The position numbers were made by a program, and so were the translations under genes. The notes under the pieces are model-generated. The model had not been told where the DNA came from. It made no database searches and saw only the letters and a list, made by a program, of their open reading frames with translations. 64,000 bases of DNA from Octopus sinensis (taxonomy: Eukaryota). Below are positions 12,963 to 25,700 of the stretch, in pieces; within the stretch, counting starts at the first letter, position 1, and every line of letters begins with the position of its first letter. Where the stretch lies: contig NC_043008.1 of NCBI RefSeq assembly GCF_006345805.1, positions 48,856,001 to 48,920,000 on the forward strand, given 5' to 3'.

Positions 12963-14022
12963 CAGGGTGGGGCAAAATGATTTGACATATTTGTAGGTTT
13001 AATAAAAGCAAAATAGGTAAAGAACGGAAAATGTCTTTTTATTTTCGAAATGTATATATAATGCTATTTTGATTGATGTGGTTTTAAAAATAAAATCAGT
13101 CAAGTGGGTACCGTTACTGTCAAAGGTGTTCACAAAAGTTGTCCATAACTCAACAGGTTGTTTCACGTGGAATGGCAGCCATTTCTTGATGAATGACATC
13201 TTTTAACTGTTCAGTAGATTGAGAGCGATTAGTGTATACTTCTGATTTCATGCATTCCCACATGAAAAAAATCAGGTGATTGGGAAGGCTAACCGATGTC
13301 ACCGAAATGAGATCAAATGACCGGGGAACATCTCCCTCAGAATCCCCATCGCATGTCAAGAAGTGCGGGCTGTTGCCCCTTCCTGTTGAAACCAAATATA
13401 GTCCCTATAATTAAGTTCATTCAATTTGGGTTTCAGAAAGTTCTCTCGCATCACATAATATCAATCAGAGTTCACAGTCACTGTAACATTGTCTTCTTCG
13501 AAGAAGTATGGACCCCAAATGCCAAATTTTGCTGCCGCAGAGTTTCGAGTAGGTATGTGTCATGTCAACCAAGCCTGAAGTGCACACGGAACACTCTTCG
13601 TGTTGCAGTTACGGATTCATTGTTCTTGATAAACATTTCCACAATGAAAGCACAATACTCGCTCGTCCAATACATGTTGGCAGCTGAAAGCGAAATGAAG
13701 CAAAATGTCACAAAATGCCCTTATTGAAACAATAAGCGAAATGCGTATTTCGTCTGCTATTACGTCCTGAGTTCAAATTCCGCCGAGGTCGACTTTACCT
13801 TTCATCCTTTTGGGGTCGATAAATAAAGTACCAGTAACGCACTGGGATCGATGTAATCGACTTAATCCCTTTGTCTGTCTTCGTCCCCTCTATGTTTAGC
13901 CCTTTGTGGGCAATAAAGAAATATATATGTACATTTTGAAAATAAAAACACATTTTTCGTTCTTTACTCTCTTTCCCTTTTATTAAACCTACAAATATGT
14001 CAGATCATTTTGCCACATCTTG
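12963..14022 (-). mobile_element. Internally deleted Tc1/mariner (maT/DD37D-like) DNA transposon
   Basis: About 95-bp imperfect TIRs starting CAGGGTG / ending CATCTTG, with TA flanks. Minus-strand relics of the N-terminal HTH (MYWTSEYCAFIVEMFIKNNESVTATRRVFRVHFRLG) and the DDE C-terminus (GDVPRSFDL...FFMWECMKSEVY...TEQLKDVI). Confidence 0.8.
13740..13922 (+). mobile_element. tRNA-derived SINE (family A) nested in the mariner relic
   Basis: B-box GAGTTCAAATTCC and a body shared with the 22860-23075 (-) copy. Confidence 0.75.
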
Positions 14023-14169
14023 TATATATATGTGTGTTGTGTTGTGTAATGCCATTTTAGTTGAGGATGACATCTAAGGGTCTGCAAGCAGAGGTGGAGG
14101 TATTTTGACCAAACGCATCAACCATTGACAAAGACTGACTTCACTGAAATTTAATTTTAACTTTTGAAA

Positions 14170-14580
14170 GCATCTTTTTTCTTTTACTTGTTTCAGTCAT
14201 TAAACTACGGCCATGCTGGGGCATCACCTCAAAGAACTCTTTTAGCTCAATGAATTGTCTCTAGTACTTGTTTTTTTTTTTTTTTCTGCCAAGGCCTGGT
14301 ACTTGAGTATCTTTTGTTGAACTGCTAAGTTATGGGGATGTCGACACACAACACTGATTGCCAATCGGTGGGGTGTGAGGTAAGCATGGATATAAAGACC
14401 TATACACATTTATGATTGCTTGTTTCATTTCCTGTCGAACAAATCCACTGACAAGGCTTTGCTCAGCCCAGGGTTATAGTAGAAGACACTTGTCCAAGAT
14501 GCCTCACAGTGGAACGTAGGACTGAACCCAGAACCATGTGGCTGGGAAGCAAGCTTCCTACCCCACCGCTACACCTGCAC
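14170..14580 (-). mobile_element. SINE family B copy
   Basis: Homologous to copies at 21630-22000(-), 32575-32790(-), 33110-33435(+), 37268-37480(-), 37757-38145(+), 58830-59225(+). Confidence 0.75.
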
Positions 14581-15769
14581 CTGTATGATGGCTTTACTTT
14601 GTCCAACGTACCTGATTCTCTTTGTTTTTTGCTTTCATCAAGCAACTCTAAACCAAAAACACAAACTTTGTCATGAATCCTTCTTCTGAGAATAACAATA
14701 ATACTGAAGATGGAGATCAGGATGTGTAAAAGACATGAACCCAAAGAACAAAAACTATAATTTACCGTTCTTGGAGAAGAATTTGGACACTTCATTTCGT
14801 GGGGGAGATGTAGAGGCCATGATGCTTGTATTCGACAGTCTCAACCGGTGGGATTGATGTGGGTGATGTGAAGATGGAACCATTGTAGGGTGACAGCTAC
14901 CACAGACAATAGAGGGGGCGGGGCAGCAAGGCATTTTCAAAGGGTATCAGTTCTAGAGGGGGAGGGGAGGGAGAAGATTGGACAAAGTGCTTAGAGCAGG
15001 GAGGTGGTGTGTGTGTGTGTGTGTGTTTGACTAAATCACTAACATTTTCTATTGTGGTAGAAATACAAATATATTCAGTAATATACGTTTGTTTTATTTA
15101 TTTCTTTGTGGGGAGGAAGTGGTGGTGGTGGTGGTGGGTCTTTAAAACCTGAATCCAACAACAACACGTTGATGCATCATGAGTTAATGTCAGTGTTTCA
15201 AATATAACAATAACCTTTTTGTTTCATCTTTCACAAGAATTCATTTGGGAAAACAAAAAAAGAAACAATCTGATGTAAAACAAAATAAAATAAAAACAAT
15301 AAAAAAAGCTAAACAAAAAGTAAAACTGGAAACTAAAGCTTTTTATATTTCATGTTTCTTTCCTTCTTTTTTTTCTCCGATGTTTTCTCTCCGTGTGTCA
15401 CCCTGTCAACATGTGTGTAATGTATGGGATTTAGATTCAGGCATTTTTCATGTTAGAATAGTTGTTTGGTCTGCTAAACATTCTTCTTATTTAACTCTAT
15501 GATACCTCACTTACCAATACGGAACCAAATTTAGTCTCTTTTCAGTTTATTTAAATAATAACACGTTGTGTCTGGGGAGAGTCATTCTCTTTTGGTGCCT
15601 TATAATGTAACACACTCACCGGCAAAATTTCCACTTATTTCTTTTTTATTCTTCTAAAATTTTCATTGTGTTTTGCAACCTTTTCAATAATGAACTCACT
15701 TAAAGAATCTTGCAAACCAAATCCAAAAACGAAACAATGATGACATGTTTCATGTGAAAACCTAAATCC

Positions 15770-15803
<34 letters not shown>

Positions 15804-16033
15804 TCATCGTCATTCTGTGTCCAATTCCTTTACCTTAGACTTTCAATTAAAGTTTTGTTCATATTCATCTTTACTTTGTATCAAGAACTTTCCAAATAAG
15901 TTTCCCAGGCTTCCACTGTCCACCCACAACCATTTAAGCATCACAAAAAGTACTTTGCAGTATTTGCTCTGACCCTTTAGATTCTGAGTTCAAATCCTGC
16001 CATGGTCAACTATTTTTTAACATTATTATTATT

Positions 16034-16470
16034 GAGTGACAGAGCAGTGCCTGCCATCAAAGTGACACTGGGATAAAATATACGAAGCCCAGTATACCCA
16101 TCATGACTACCCGTCTGATAAGGATACACCAGGCACATGCATCACAACCATATGTGTGCAACATGGTGATCTCATATCAAGATAAACAGCGCATGACCTT
16201 GCAGATGAGGTCCAGTTAGAATTTTCTTCTGGTCGAGTAACCCATCCCACTCAAAAGGTCCTTGAATAAGGGTTGTTTAAGAATGTTGAACGAAACCCCC
16301 ATGTTTCCAGAGGTGAATTATTCAAACCCCAAAGAATCCCTCTCAACACATGGCTATGATACTCCCCCACTACTTCTGTTTATGATCAGCCACTAAGGGA
16401 CATGCTCAACTGCTTAAGGTCAAGCAAATCTGTGGTATTGAACAGAATATTTGCTGTATTCCATCTTGGT
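16034..16470 (-). mobile_element. ~430-bp non-autonomous element with (AAT)n tail
   Basis: Near-identical copy with the same boundaries at 41967-42410; both abut (ATT)n. Confidence 0.75.
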
Positions 16471-16567
16471 ATAAACTAAAACAAAGCAATGTACATGGTA
16501 ACACTTCCAATCAGTTAAAATCAGAAGCCTTGAGAGCCAGTGTCTGGTACTGCATCAGGGCATTATC

Positions 16568-16626
<59 letters not shown>

Positions 16627-17663
16627 AGGTGGCAAGCAGTAGAATTGCTTGAGCATTGGAAAATGCCTTGTGATTTTCCTTCCAGCTATTTTTTAAAATA
16701 TATTTTGAGTTCAAATCCCGCCGAAGTCACTTGTGCCTCTCATTCTTCTGACTGTGAATTGTTTATATCCTGGATTGTATCGTACAAATGTATTTGGTCA
16801 TTATTCAAACTTCAGTTGAGAAAAGATTAAGAACTTTGTTGGCAGCAAAGAAAAGCTATTTTGAATTGTGGAATGGATGTAAAATGCTGTCAATAAATAT
16901 AACAACCAACCTGTAGACTTTTATTAACCAAAACCTAAAACCTTCTATTTCATAATAAAATAAATAATTGATAAATATATATATACACCACCTGGTATAT
17001 AGACAGTCTGTGGACTATGTATAAAGACACTGTGGACTGGCTTTATCTTATTACACTACATACATACATGCATAGATTCATTGGTTTCCATTGGCCCAGT
17101 TACTGGTTCACTGCAGAATGTAACATATTTACAAAGAAGGTAGTCCGTTGGTTTACAGGCTATTAACCTTATCACTAGAAACGACAGATAAATAGTTTCA
17201 TCATTTGTAATCTCATTAGCTGTGACACCTGAGATATATCCAGACGTTTAATCAAAGTACCCTATCTCCTAGAAATATAAATACTTCCTAAGTAAAGCAA
17301 CGTTTGTACAGGGTTTGCGGGATTAATGTCAGAGGGTCCTGAATAGCCTTAGTTAACATTACCTTTCATCTTTTTAAGGGGTCCATAAAATCATACTAAT
17401 CCAGAGCAGTGGAATGATGAAATTGTAAGAATACCACACCTGGGTGCCTGGTGGTATTTGTTCCACCTCCGTCTGCTCTGAGTTCAAATCATGCTATGGT
17501 CTAATTGTGGAGTAGATTTGATCCTTTGCCCAGTTTAATACCAGCCTTAAGGACCCTTTTCTTGTGGAGTTCACTGTGGCGTGCTGTAAGCCAGGTCTCT
17601 GGTTTGGTAATACTTTCCTTCCTGCTCCCCTCCATTCTACAACCCTTGGAAGTCCTGTAAAGG

Positions 17664-17710
<47 letters not shown>

Positions 17711-17789
17711 AATTATTGTGTATGGTGCTCAGGTGCACTAAAACTCATCAAAGGTGCATGTACAGTACATAGAATTATGTACAAAAGTC

Positions 17790-18720
17790 AGGAAAGTGAA
17801 CAGTGTATTTATCATGATATACATATGTGCATGCGAATGGAGTAGGAGGTGGATATCAGGTGTAGTGTTGGTGAATTTCGGGAAGCATGGAGGTTTTAAA
17901 GGATTCGATGTCTTAGTAGCTAACAACTGATGCAGGTAGTTTGTTTCATGCTTCAGCAACTTTGAGTGTGAAAAAATCTTTCCAAAAGTCATGTGCTGTT
18001 TTCTGACTTTGTAGCCATGCCCATATGTGTTAGACACATGGAGCTCAAAAAGGTGCTCAAGGTGGTTGTTAGCACAATGGTTAATAATTTTGTAGGTATT
18101 TTGCAAGTCAGTTGCCAGACATCAGAGCCTCAATGTATCTATGCCCAGGGAAGCAAGGCATTCAGAATATGGTAGATGTCTGATGAGGGTATTCGGTTGG
18201 TTGCACATCTCTGAACAGTTTCCAGGAGGTTAATGTCTTGAGCAAATTAGGAGTTCCAGATTGGTGATGCAAATTCCAAGTGTGGCCACACCATAGCCAT
18301 ATACAGCCTTAAATGGACAGCTGGTTGTCTGGACCCCCTTCGGCTTCATGGAAAGATAAAGAAAAGAAACTCCATGAATGAATATCAGATCTTGAATCAG
18401 TGGAACCAGTATCAGAGATGCTTTGCTCCTTGCAGAAACTCCAGGAGCTACTCAAACGTTTTGCCAGCTCTTCCTTATCCATTTCAATACTGGAAACCCT
18501 TCCATATTGTCAGCAGGTATCTAGGGGTTAGAAGTGTTTCACCCCTCAGCCTGAGATGGGCAGCAAGAACTGAACCTTGCCTTCTACAGAAGGGTCCCAC
18601 TAGCAGCCTCTCTTATCAACCACAGCCATCTTGAGGTAGTTTCAGCTGCCATGCCTATCTCCTGGAGGGCTTTCTTCAGTTGTCTCAGTTCCAGGCCTAT
18701 CTTTGGCAGGAAACAGCACA
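17790..18720 (-). mobile_element. Degraded CR1/L2-like LINE 3' ORF2 fragment
   Basis: Minus translation includes LYMAMVWPHLEFASPIWNS.FAQDINLLETVQRCAT and GHGYKVRKQH...FSH, with stops and frameshifts. Confidence 0.75.
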
Positions 18721-20037
18721 CCGATCTAGATGACTCTCTTATCTAACAGAGAATCCTTGAATCGTTTACAAAGGTTGTCAGACACAAAACATTCAGAACT
18801 TTGACATGGAATGGAATGACACCGCCATAAAATATTTGAACAGCTGTCAGAATAACACGAGACTGAGAGCTATGTGTGTGTGTGTGTGTGTGGGTGTGTG
18901 TGTGTGTGTGTGACAGGTTTCTGAGACTGGAGAAAGAGTGACCTCGTTATTATCTCTTACCTAAATTTAGTCTTTTGTCGTAAATAATTAACCTTTATTG
19001 AGAACAACTTGTGTCAAATATGACATGATTAACCAATCATTTTAACCCCGAGAATGAGTGAACTGATAAAGCTATCATCAAGAATTTAGTTGCTGTTATT
19101 GTTTAGCCCCAGATTAAACAGATTGATCGATGATCAAAGGCATTCCAGCTGTGACTATCATGTCTTTAAAGTAAAACTACATTAACTAATACACCCTTCT
19201 TAAGTTGGTAGGCTGTTAAGAAAGATTTGCTACTATTTCTAGCAAGCCCGTTGACCACATTGCCATTATACAAGCAATGTTCTTCATTTCCAGTCTTCCA
19301 TAAAAACATGTCCAGCCATGGAGAGATATTATTTCATTTGAAAAGAAGCGTCAGCAGCAAGGCCTTATCGGCAGGGGACCTAACAGATCAGATTCCTAGC
19401 TTTGAACTAGCAGGATGTCATGCGGAGGATCTGGGATACAAGACTATGGACGAGACCCTAATATTCCTAGTTAGATGGAAACTGTGGGACCACATGGAGC
19501 AGCACCCTGTGACTCCTTTGGTATGCAGAACTGAAACCCCTATAAAATGGGGCATCCTATGGGATGACCTTGATGAGATGAGATTGAAAAGAGCTGAGAT
19601 TTGGCAAAGAGAAGGGCATCCAGTTATAGAAGATTTGCCTCAACAAATTCCATCCGATTCATGCAAGCATGAAAAAATGAATCGTTATGTGTGTGTGGGT
19701 GGGGTGGGGGATGGGGGTGAATGCTGATCTCCGTTCATGCATGGATGTATGTTTGTGTGAGTGTGTTCTACTTACACAGACGACTCAGTGTCTCAATGAA
19801 TGACAATAATGAATGACACGTCCCAATAAGTCCTCCTCGTTTCAGCTGTGTCTGTTCCCAGCTTTATCTTTCATCCTAGTTTTACTCTGCTGTGTCAGAA
19901 GATGCAGCCAATAACTATTAATGTTCAGACTGACCTCAATTACTGCCTGATAATTGAGGTCATTAAATAATAGGCTGCTTTATAATCATCATCATCATTA
20001 TCATTATTAATATTCATTATTATTATTATGTAAGATA

Positions 20038-20265
20038 AGGAGGTGAGCTGGCAGAATCGTTAGCACGCTGGGCAAAAAGCTTGGCGACATTTCATTCGTC
20101 TTTACAATCTAAGTTCAAATATCACTAGGGTCGACTTTACCTTCTATCCTTTCAGGGGTCTGTATAATAAGTATCAGTTGGGCACTGGTGGGGGTCAATG
20201 TAATCGACTCATTCCCTTCCCTAAAATTTCAGGCCTTGTGTCTTTAGTATAAAGGATCATTATTA
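20038..20265 (+). mobile_element. SINE family A, full tRNA-like head
   Basis: A-box TGGCAGAATCGTTAG, B-box-like AAGTTCAAAT, (ATT)n tail. Other copies at 20860-21005(-), 22860-23075(-), 36075-36250(+), 38625-38775(-), 52035-52250(+), 52365-52575(-). Confidence 0.8.
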
Positions 20266-22099
20266 TTATGTCAGATGGAAACAAGAAACAATAAGACAAG
20301 ATGGTGGACTGGTAGAATTTGTAGAATAATGTAGAAAATGTCTTGGAGTATTTAGTGATTTTCTGTTCCCATTCCATCAATATTGCCTTTCATCTTTCTG
20401 GGTTCGTTAAGACTATTGACTATTTCACCAATTATGACCCTGTAATTAAGTTAGAAATCATTCCCCTGCACCTCATATTCTGAGTTCAAATCTTGCTGAG
20501 GTCAACTTTGCTTTCCATCCTTTCAGGGCCAATAAAATAAATTACCGATTAATTATTAAGGGGTCAATGGTATTGGCTAAGCCCCTCCCCTCAAAACTGC
20601 TGGCTTTGTAAAGAGCAGCAACTAAATACCACAAAGGGTTTTGCTTGATGCTCTAACGTTTCTCGTCTCTAAAATAGGAAGAAGGGCCTGAAACTTGGGA
20701 GAAGGGCAGACTTGACTTTGGTGGGATTTGAACTCAGAATATAAAGAACCAAAAGAAATACCAGAAAATCATTTTCTGAAGATGCTGTAATGATTTTGCC
20801 AGGTCACCACCTTAACAACGATGACGATGATGACAACAACAACAACAACAATGCTTTCTGGTATAGGTACAAGGCCTAAAATTTCGGGTGGGGGTGGGGT
20901 AAGTCAATTGCATCAACCCCAGCACTCAGTTGGTACTTGTTTTATTAACCTTGAAAAGATGAAAGGCAAAGTCGACCTCGGCAGAATTTGAACTCAGAAC
21001 ACGAAGACTGACAAAATACCACTAAGCATTTCATCCAGCATGCTAACACTTCTGCCAGCTCATCCCTCAATGATAATGATGATGATGATGATGATGATGA
21101 TGGTGTATTTTATTCGCTGCAGTAGCATTAGATGAAGGTGTGGGGGGGGGGGGCAGACATTATGAAGACGAGGAATAAAGTGTGGAGGATTGCATTGAAA
21201 TGAAACGAGGGGAAAAAAATAAGGAATGAGATATAAAAGCCATAGAAATATAAGACGATTGGATCCCTTTGATGCAGAAGAACCTGCAATTGGGTCTTGT
21301 CAAGAAACCCTACTGATCCAAGATCACTCTGACCACCAGGGCATGTACCCTTTCCCAGTTGTCATTCTCTGACCCCTAGGTGTATACTCAGAGTAGAGTC
21401 AGTGTCACCATGGTTACCTACCTTTTACCTGAGCAGAGCACTTCCATCTCCATCTTCTTTCCCAAGCAAAACTCAAAGAGTCAATGAGGGTTTGACCAAA
21501 AAGGAAAATATCAGCCTTTTGTTCTTTAAACTTTGTCCACCATACAAATTCTTTTGTCACAGCCAGCACAAAAAAAAGGACAGATCATTCGGAGCTTCCT
21601 ATCCTTAGCTGAGTTCCAAAGCGCCTTTGCAGTTTTGGCTACACTGTGGCCATGATGGAGCACTGCCTTTAGTCGAGCAAATCGACCCCAGGACTTATCC
21701 TTTGTAAGTCTAGTACTTATTCTATTGGCCTCTTTTGCTGAACTGCTAAGTTACGGGAAATGTAAACACACCAGCATCAGTTGTCAAGCGATGGTGGTGG
21801 GACAAGCACAAACACTCAAACATAGACACACACACATACATATATATAACGGGCTTCTTTCAGTTTCCCTCTACCAAATCCACTCACAAGGCTTTGATCG
21901 GTCCAAGGATATAATAGAAGACACTTGTCCAAGGTGCCATGCAGTGGGACTGAACCCGGAACCATGTGGTTGGTAAGCAAGCTACTTACCACACAGCCTG
22001 TATATTTATGAGTGTGTATATGCGTAGAGTTGAGAAAAGCATGAACGTCACACAATCTCTTGTTCTCTTCGAAATGAAGACGTAGTTTTTGTATAAAAG

Positions 22100-22682
22100 A
22101 TATCGTTATTAATTTCTTTCAAATAAACACAAGTTCACCGAGTGAGGGGGACCGAAGTGACCCTCATCCCCGGGGCAAGATAAGTGATGATGTTGACCTT
22201 AATTGCGTTTGATAGTAGTAGCAACGTGGTTTACTGTTGCAACCACCACCACCACCACCACCACCACCACCACTGTCTGCCCGTCAATACCTTATCACAA
22301 AAAGTCTGTCGTCGACGCCGTCACACCTCGTTACCATGAAAGGGAGGTGGGAACTTTCACATTCTTTCCCTCTCTTTCTATCTTTTATTTGTTGTTAATT
22401 GTTTTTGTTTATCCTCATATATTTGTCTGTCAATAAATCAGTTGATCCACAGACTTCTAGCTTATCATTTATAAGTTCCATATATGACGGGACCAACCCG
22501 AAACATCACAACTGATCACTTCTCTCTTGCTTTATAAACTTAATTAACGATTTCATTATTCCCTTTCTTGCCCGATCACATTCCTTCCACTTCCTGTCGA
22601 TTCACCCCAAATCCATCCACGCTTCTGCCTTTCTCTCTCCTCGTCTCTATTTCTTTCATAAATCCTCTTCGGTTCCTTTACA
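22100..22682 (+). promoter_or_regulatory. Putative MTR promoter / 5' UTR region
   Basis: Local CpG enrichment immediately upstream of the putative first coding exon; TSS not determinable from sequence. Confidence 0.35.
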
Positions 22683-22713
22683 ATGGACTTCAAAGAACGA
22701 CGCAAATGGCCAG
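22683..22713 (+). CDS. MTR: MTR putative exon 1 ([10 protein letters not shown])
   Basis: ATG plus 31 nt ending CAG|GTAAGG; phase 1 matches exon 2. Sequence not conserved, so the assignment is inferred. Confidence 0.6.
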
Positions 22714-25700
22714 GTAAGGTTCCACTTATACCTCGTGTCTAAATTCTCTCTCTTTCTCCACACACAAAAACAAAAACAAAAAACACGCACGCACACCTCG
22801 GGTTCTGAATGATTTCTTGAATTCCTGCTCCACTTTTTTTTTGTGTCCTCTGTATATTTCTTTCTTTCTTTATTGCCCACAGGGGGGCTAAACATAGAGG
22901 GGACAAACAAGGAGAGACAAAGGGATGAAGTCAATTACATCGACTCCAGCGCGTAACTGGTACTTATTTAATCGATTTTGAAAGGACGAAAGGCAAAGTC
23001 GACCTCGGCGGAATTTGAACTCAGAACGTGGCGAGCAGACGAAATACCGCCCGGCGTGCTAACGATTCTGCCAGCGTATATTGAGAAAACCTGTTTATTC
23101 ACCAGATGAAATCATCTAAGACGATTGAAAGTTGTTCTTGATCGATGAAATTCTATAATCATTTTATTATCGTGTTAATAACTGAAAATTCCCCCTAGAA
23201 GCAGAATTACAGGTGAACGAGACAAGGCAGGGCCCTGTACATGGTCGGGCGACATACTAGAAATAGCAGCCAAATTTCTCTCAAACCACACAATCATCCT
23301 ACGAAAAAATGTACTATTGTGTACTATTCTTCGGTATCTACTATGCCTAGAACAAATTGGATGGTTCCACTCGGGACACCTTTGATTATATATGCATTCG
23401 ACGAGAGGTCACCCGGCGGGCTTCCATGGTGTCGGCAATTAAATGTTTTTAAATCTAAAACCGCGTATATTTATTATTATTATTTAAAAATATTAGTCGA
23501 AAATTTTCGACTAAAATTTAGCCGATAAATTAGCATTTTTTTGTTTCAAATAAATATAACAGTTGTTTGGCTTTATGTATCTTATTGAAGCCAGAGTGAC
23601 AGAGGAGGTGTTAGTGGTTTATATTACTAAGAAGTGTTCGTCGTGGAAAGTACCTCAAAAAGACCATCACAACAAAGTCCAATTCAGGCTTTCTAAATCC
23701 AGCGGAACTGGGGTATTGACTAGAAAAAGGGTGAAGTGAGGTTTTGGTGCCTTAAAACTCGTCAGCCTGGGAAATCACTTTATGGAAGAGAGAGCAAACT
23801 CTGGCTTTAAATATCTGCTACTTTGAAGCAGTCTCCACTTACGGAAAAGGTTTCAGGAGTAAAACCCAAGGAAAGATCTGCCAACATTGTTTTCACGTTT
23901 GTCCTGGCAACTTTTGGAATAACACTGGTGCCAAGATGTGACTGGCACCCTTGCCCGTTCCCTGGGTGACATTTGTGGTGTGAGAGAGGAGGCCTGCTGC
24001 ATGGGTCTGTGTCCTGGCGAGAACATTCTCCAGCGTTGCCTCACCATGATTGCACAATATGGAAGACTGCTGATCATTGCTTATAAACTTGCCCTCAGAT
24101 TGGCCCTGGCTCCAGGGACCTGAAGCAGCTTTTAATGGAAGTGAGGCCTTTGTATTTCTCTGGACAGCTACTGCCTGTCTCAAGATGGGCAGATCCCAGC
24201 CAACTGTGTGTTGTCCCACTGCAACCTGTCTGCCTTACTGGATTTGTGGAGCTTGGCGATACAAGTAACCCCTGAATTGCAGATGGTATACACTTCACCA
24301 AGCTCAAGAAGAAGACAAAAGAAGAAGCCATCTCTCAGGTTAGGAGACTAGAAAGTACAGGCCACCGGCACTGGACTGTCAAATAACCTCTTGAAGATCA
24401 GTGACTTAGGAAAGACATCTTTGATTAATGGTGAACCACTTTAGAGAATGCAATGTGTGTGTGTGTGGCACCCAATGAGTCAGAGTCGGGGGTCCTTCTT
24501 AACTCTTGCTGTTCCCATTCAGTCCATCAACCACTCGTACTGGGTTGATTCTACTGTGATCCCAGCACTACTTGAGAGAGTACCTTGTACTCTACAAGGC
24601 AAAAGAACCTTCAATATGCTATGGTGACTTCATTCCAGTCCATGCGATTGAGAGGATGAAAACTTTCACCCCTCCCCTCACTACACAGGTAAATAGATGA
24701 GGCTGAAGAATTTTTCAACATTGTTGTGCTTCACTGAGAAGTGACAGTTTCATTAATATTAAATTTTCATAATTTTATATCCATTTTCCATGCTGACATG
24801 GGTGGGATGGTTTGACAGGATTCAAGAGGTTTGAGGAATACATCTTGCTTCAGTATCTCAGTTTTAACTTGATTTCTACAGCTGGACACTCTTCCCATGC
24901 CTACCACTTTACGGAGTGTATTGAGTACATTTTTTTTGTGGCATCAGCATTGCAGAAGCTGCCTTGGCATCAGCAAGAGTAAAGAACCTTCTCAAGTGTA
25001 GTGTTGTCACTGTTTTAGTTGGTTAAGAAACTCATGGAGTGTTGTGGGTGCTTTTTGTTGCACCTACACTGTTGGGGTCGCTTTGGAACATCATCATCAT
25101 GATCATCATCGTTTAACGTCCGCTTTCCATGCTAGCATGGGTTGGACGATTTTGACTGATGGCTGGCAAACCAGATGGCTGCACCAGGCTCCAGTCTTGA
25201 TCTGGCAGAGTTTCTACAGCTGGATGCCTTTCCTAATGCTAACCACTCCGAGAGTGTAGTGGGTGCTTTTTATGTGCCACCGGCACGGGGGCCAGTAAGG
25301 CAGTACTGGCAACGTCCTTGCTCGAATCTTTGTACACATGCCACTGGCACAGGTGACAGTAAGGCGATGCTGACAACGATCATGCTTGAATGGTGTCTTT
25401 TACATGCAGCCAATTCTTCTAGAAACATGCAGAAAGGGCCAAGCTAAAATACTTTCTCAAAACTTTTTTGGAAAGTATGTCGTGTGTGGGTCATATTGTC
25501 TTAATGCCTTATCATCTGACACACTCACTGGTTCAGTTTCCACTCATTTGTTATATTTTTTCTTCCAAAATCTTCATTCCTTTTGCAGCCTTGTCACTGG
25601 ATGTTGACTTTCTTTTCTGTCTGTTTGTGCGGATGTGTGTGCATCAGTGTGCATGTGTGCTTGTGTATGCCCAATGTATGTATGTATGCATGTATGTGTG

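Noticed and set aside
16745-16830. VNCLYPGLYRTNVF resembling an SDR motif
   Set aside because: Short, bounded by stops, no splice signals or other SDR motifs
19227-19727. 166-aa ORF
   Set aside because: No recognisable domain or splice structure; probably spans decayed repeat sequence
21395-21425. Minus-strand HGDTDS resembling the family-B polymerase YGDTDS motif
   Set aside because: Six-residue match flanked by stops, with no other polymerase motifs
23095-23140. Further hammerhead-like relics (23095-23140 CAGATGA-AATC/GATT-GAAA; 57776-57810; 22484-22510; 1105-1130)
   Set aside because: Each has two or more core or stem lesions and no convincing stem I; cannot be distinguished from chance without a family consensus
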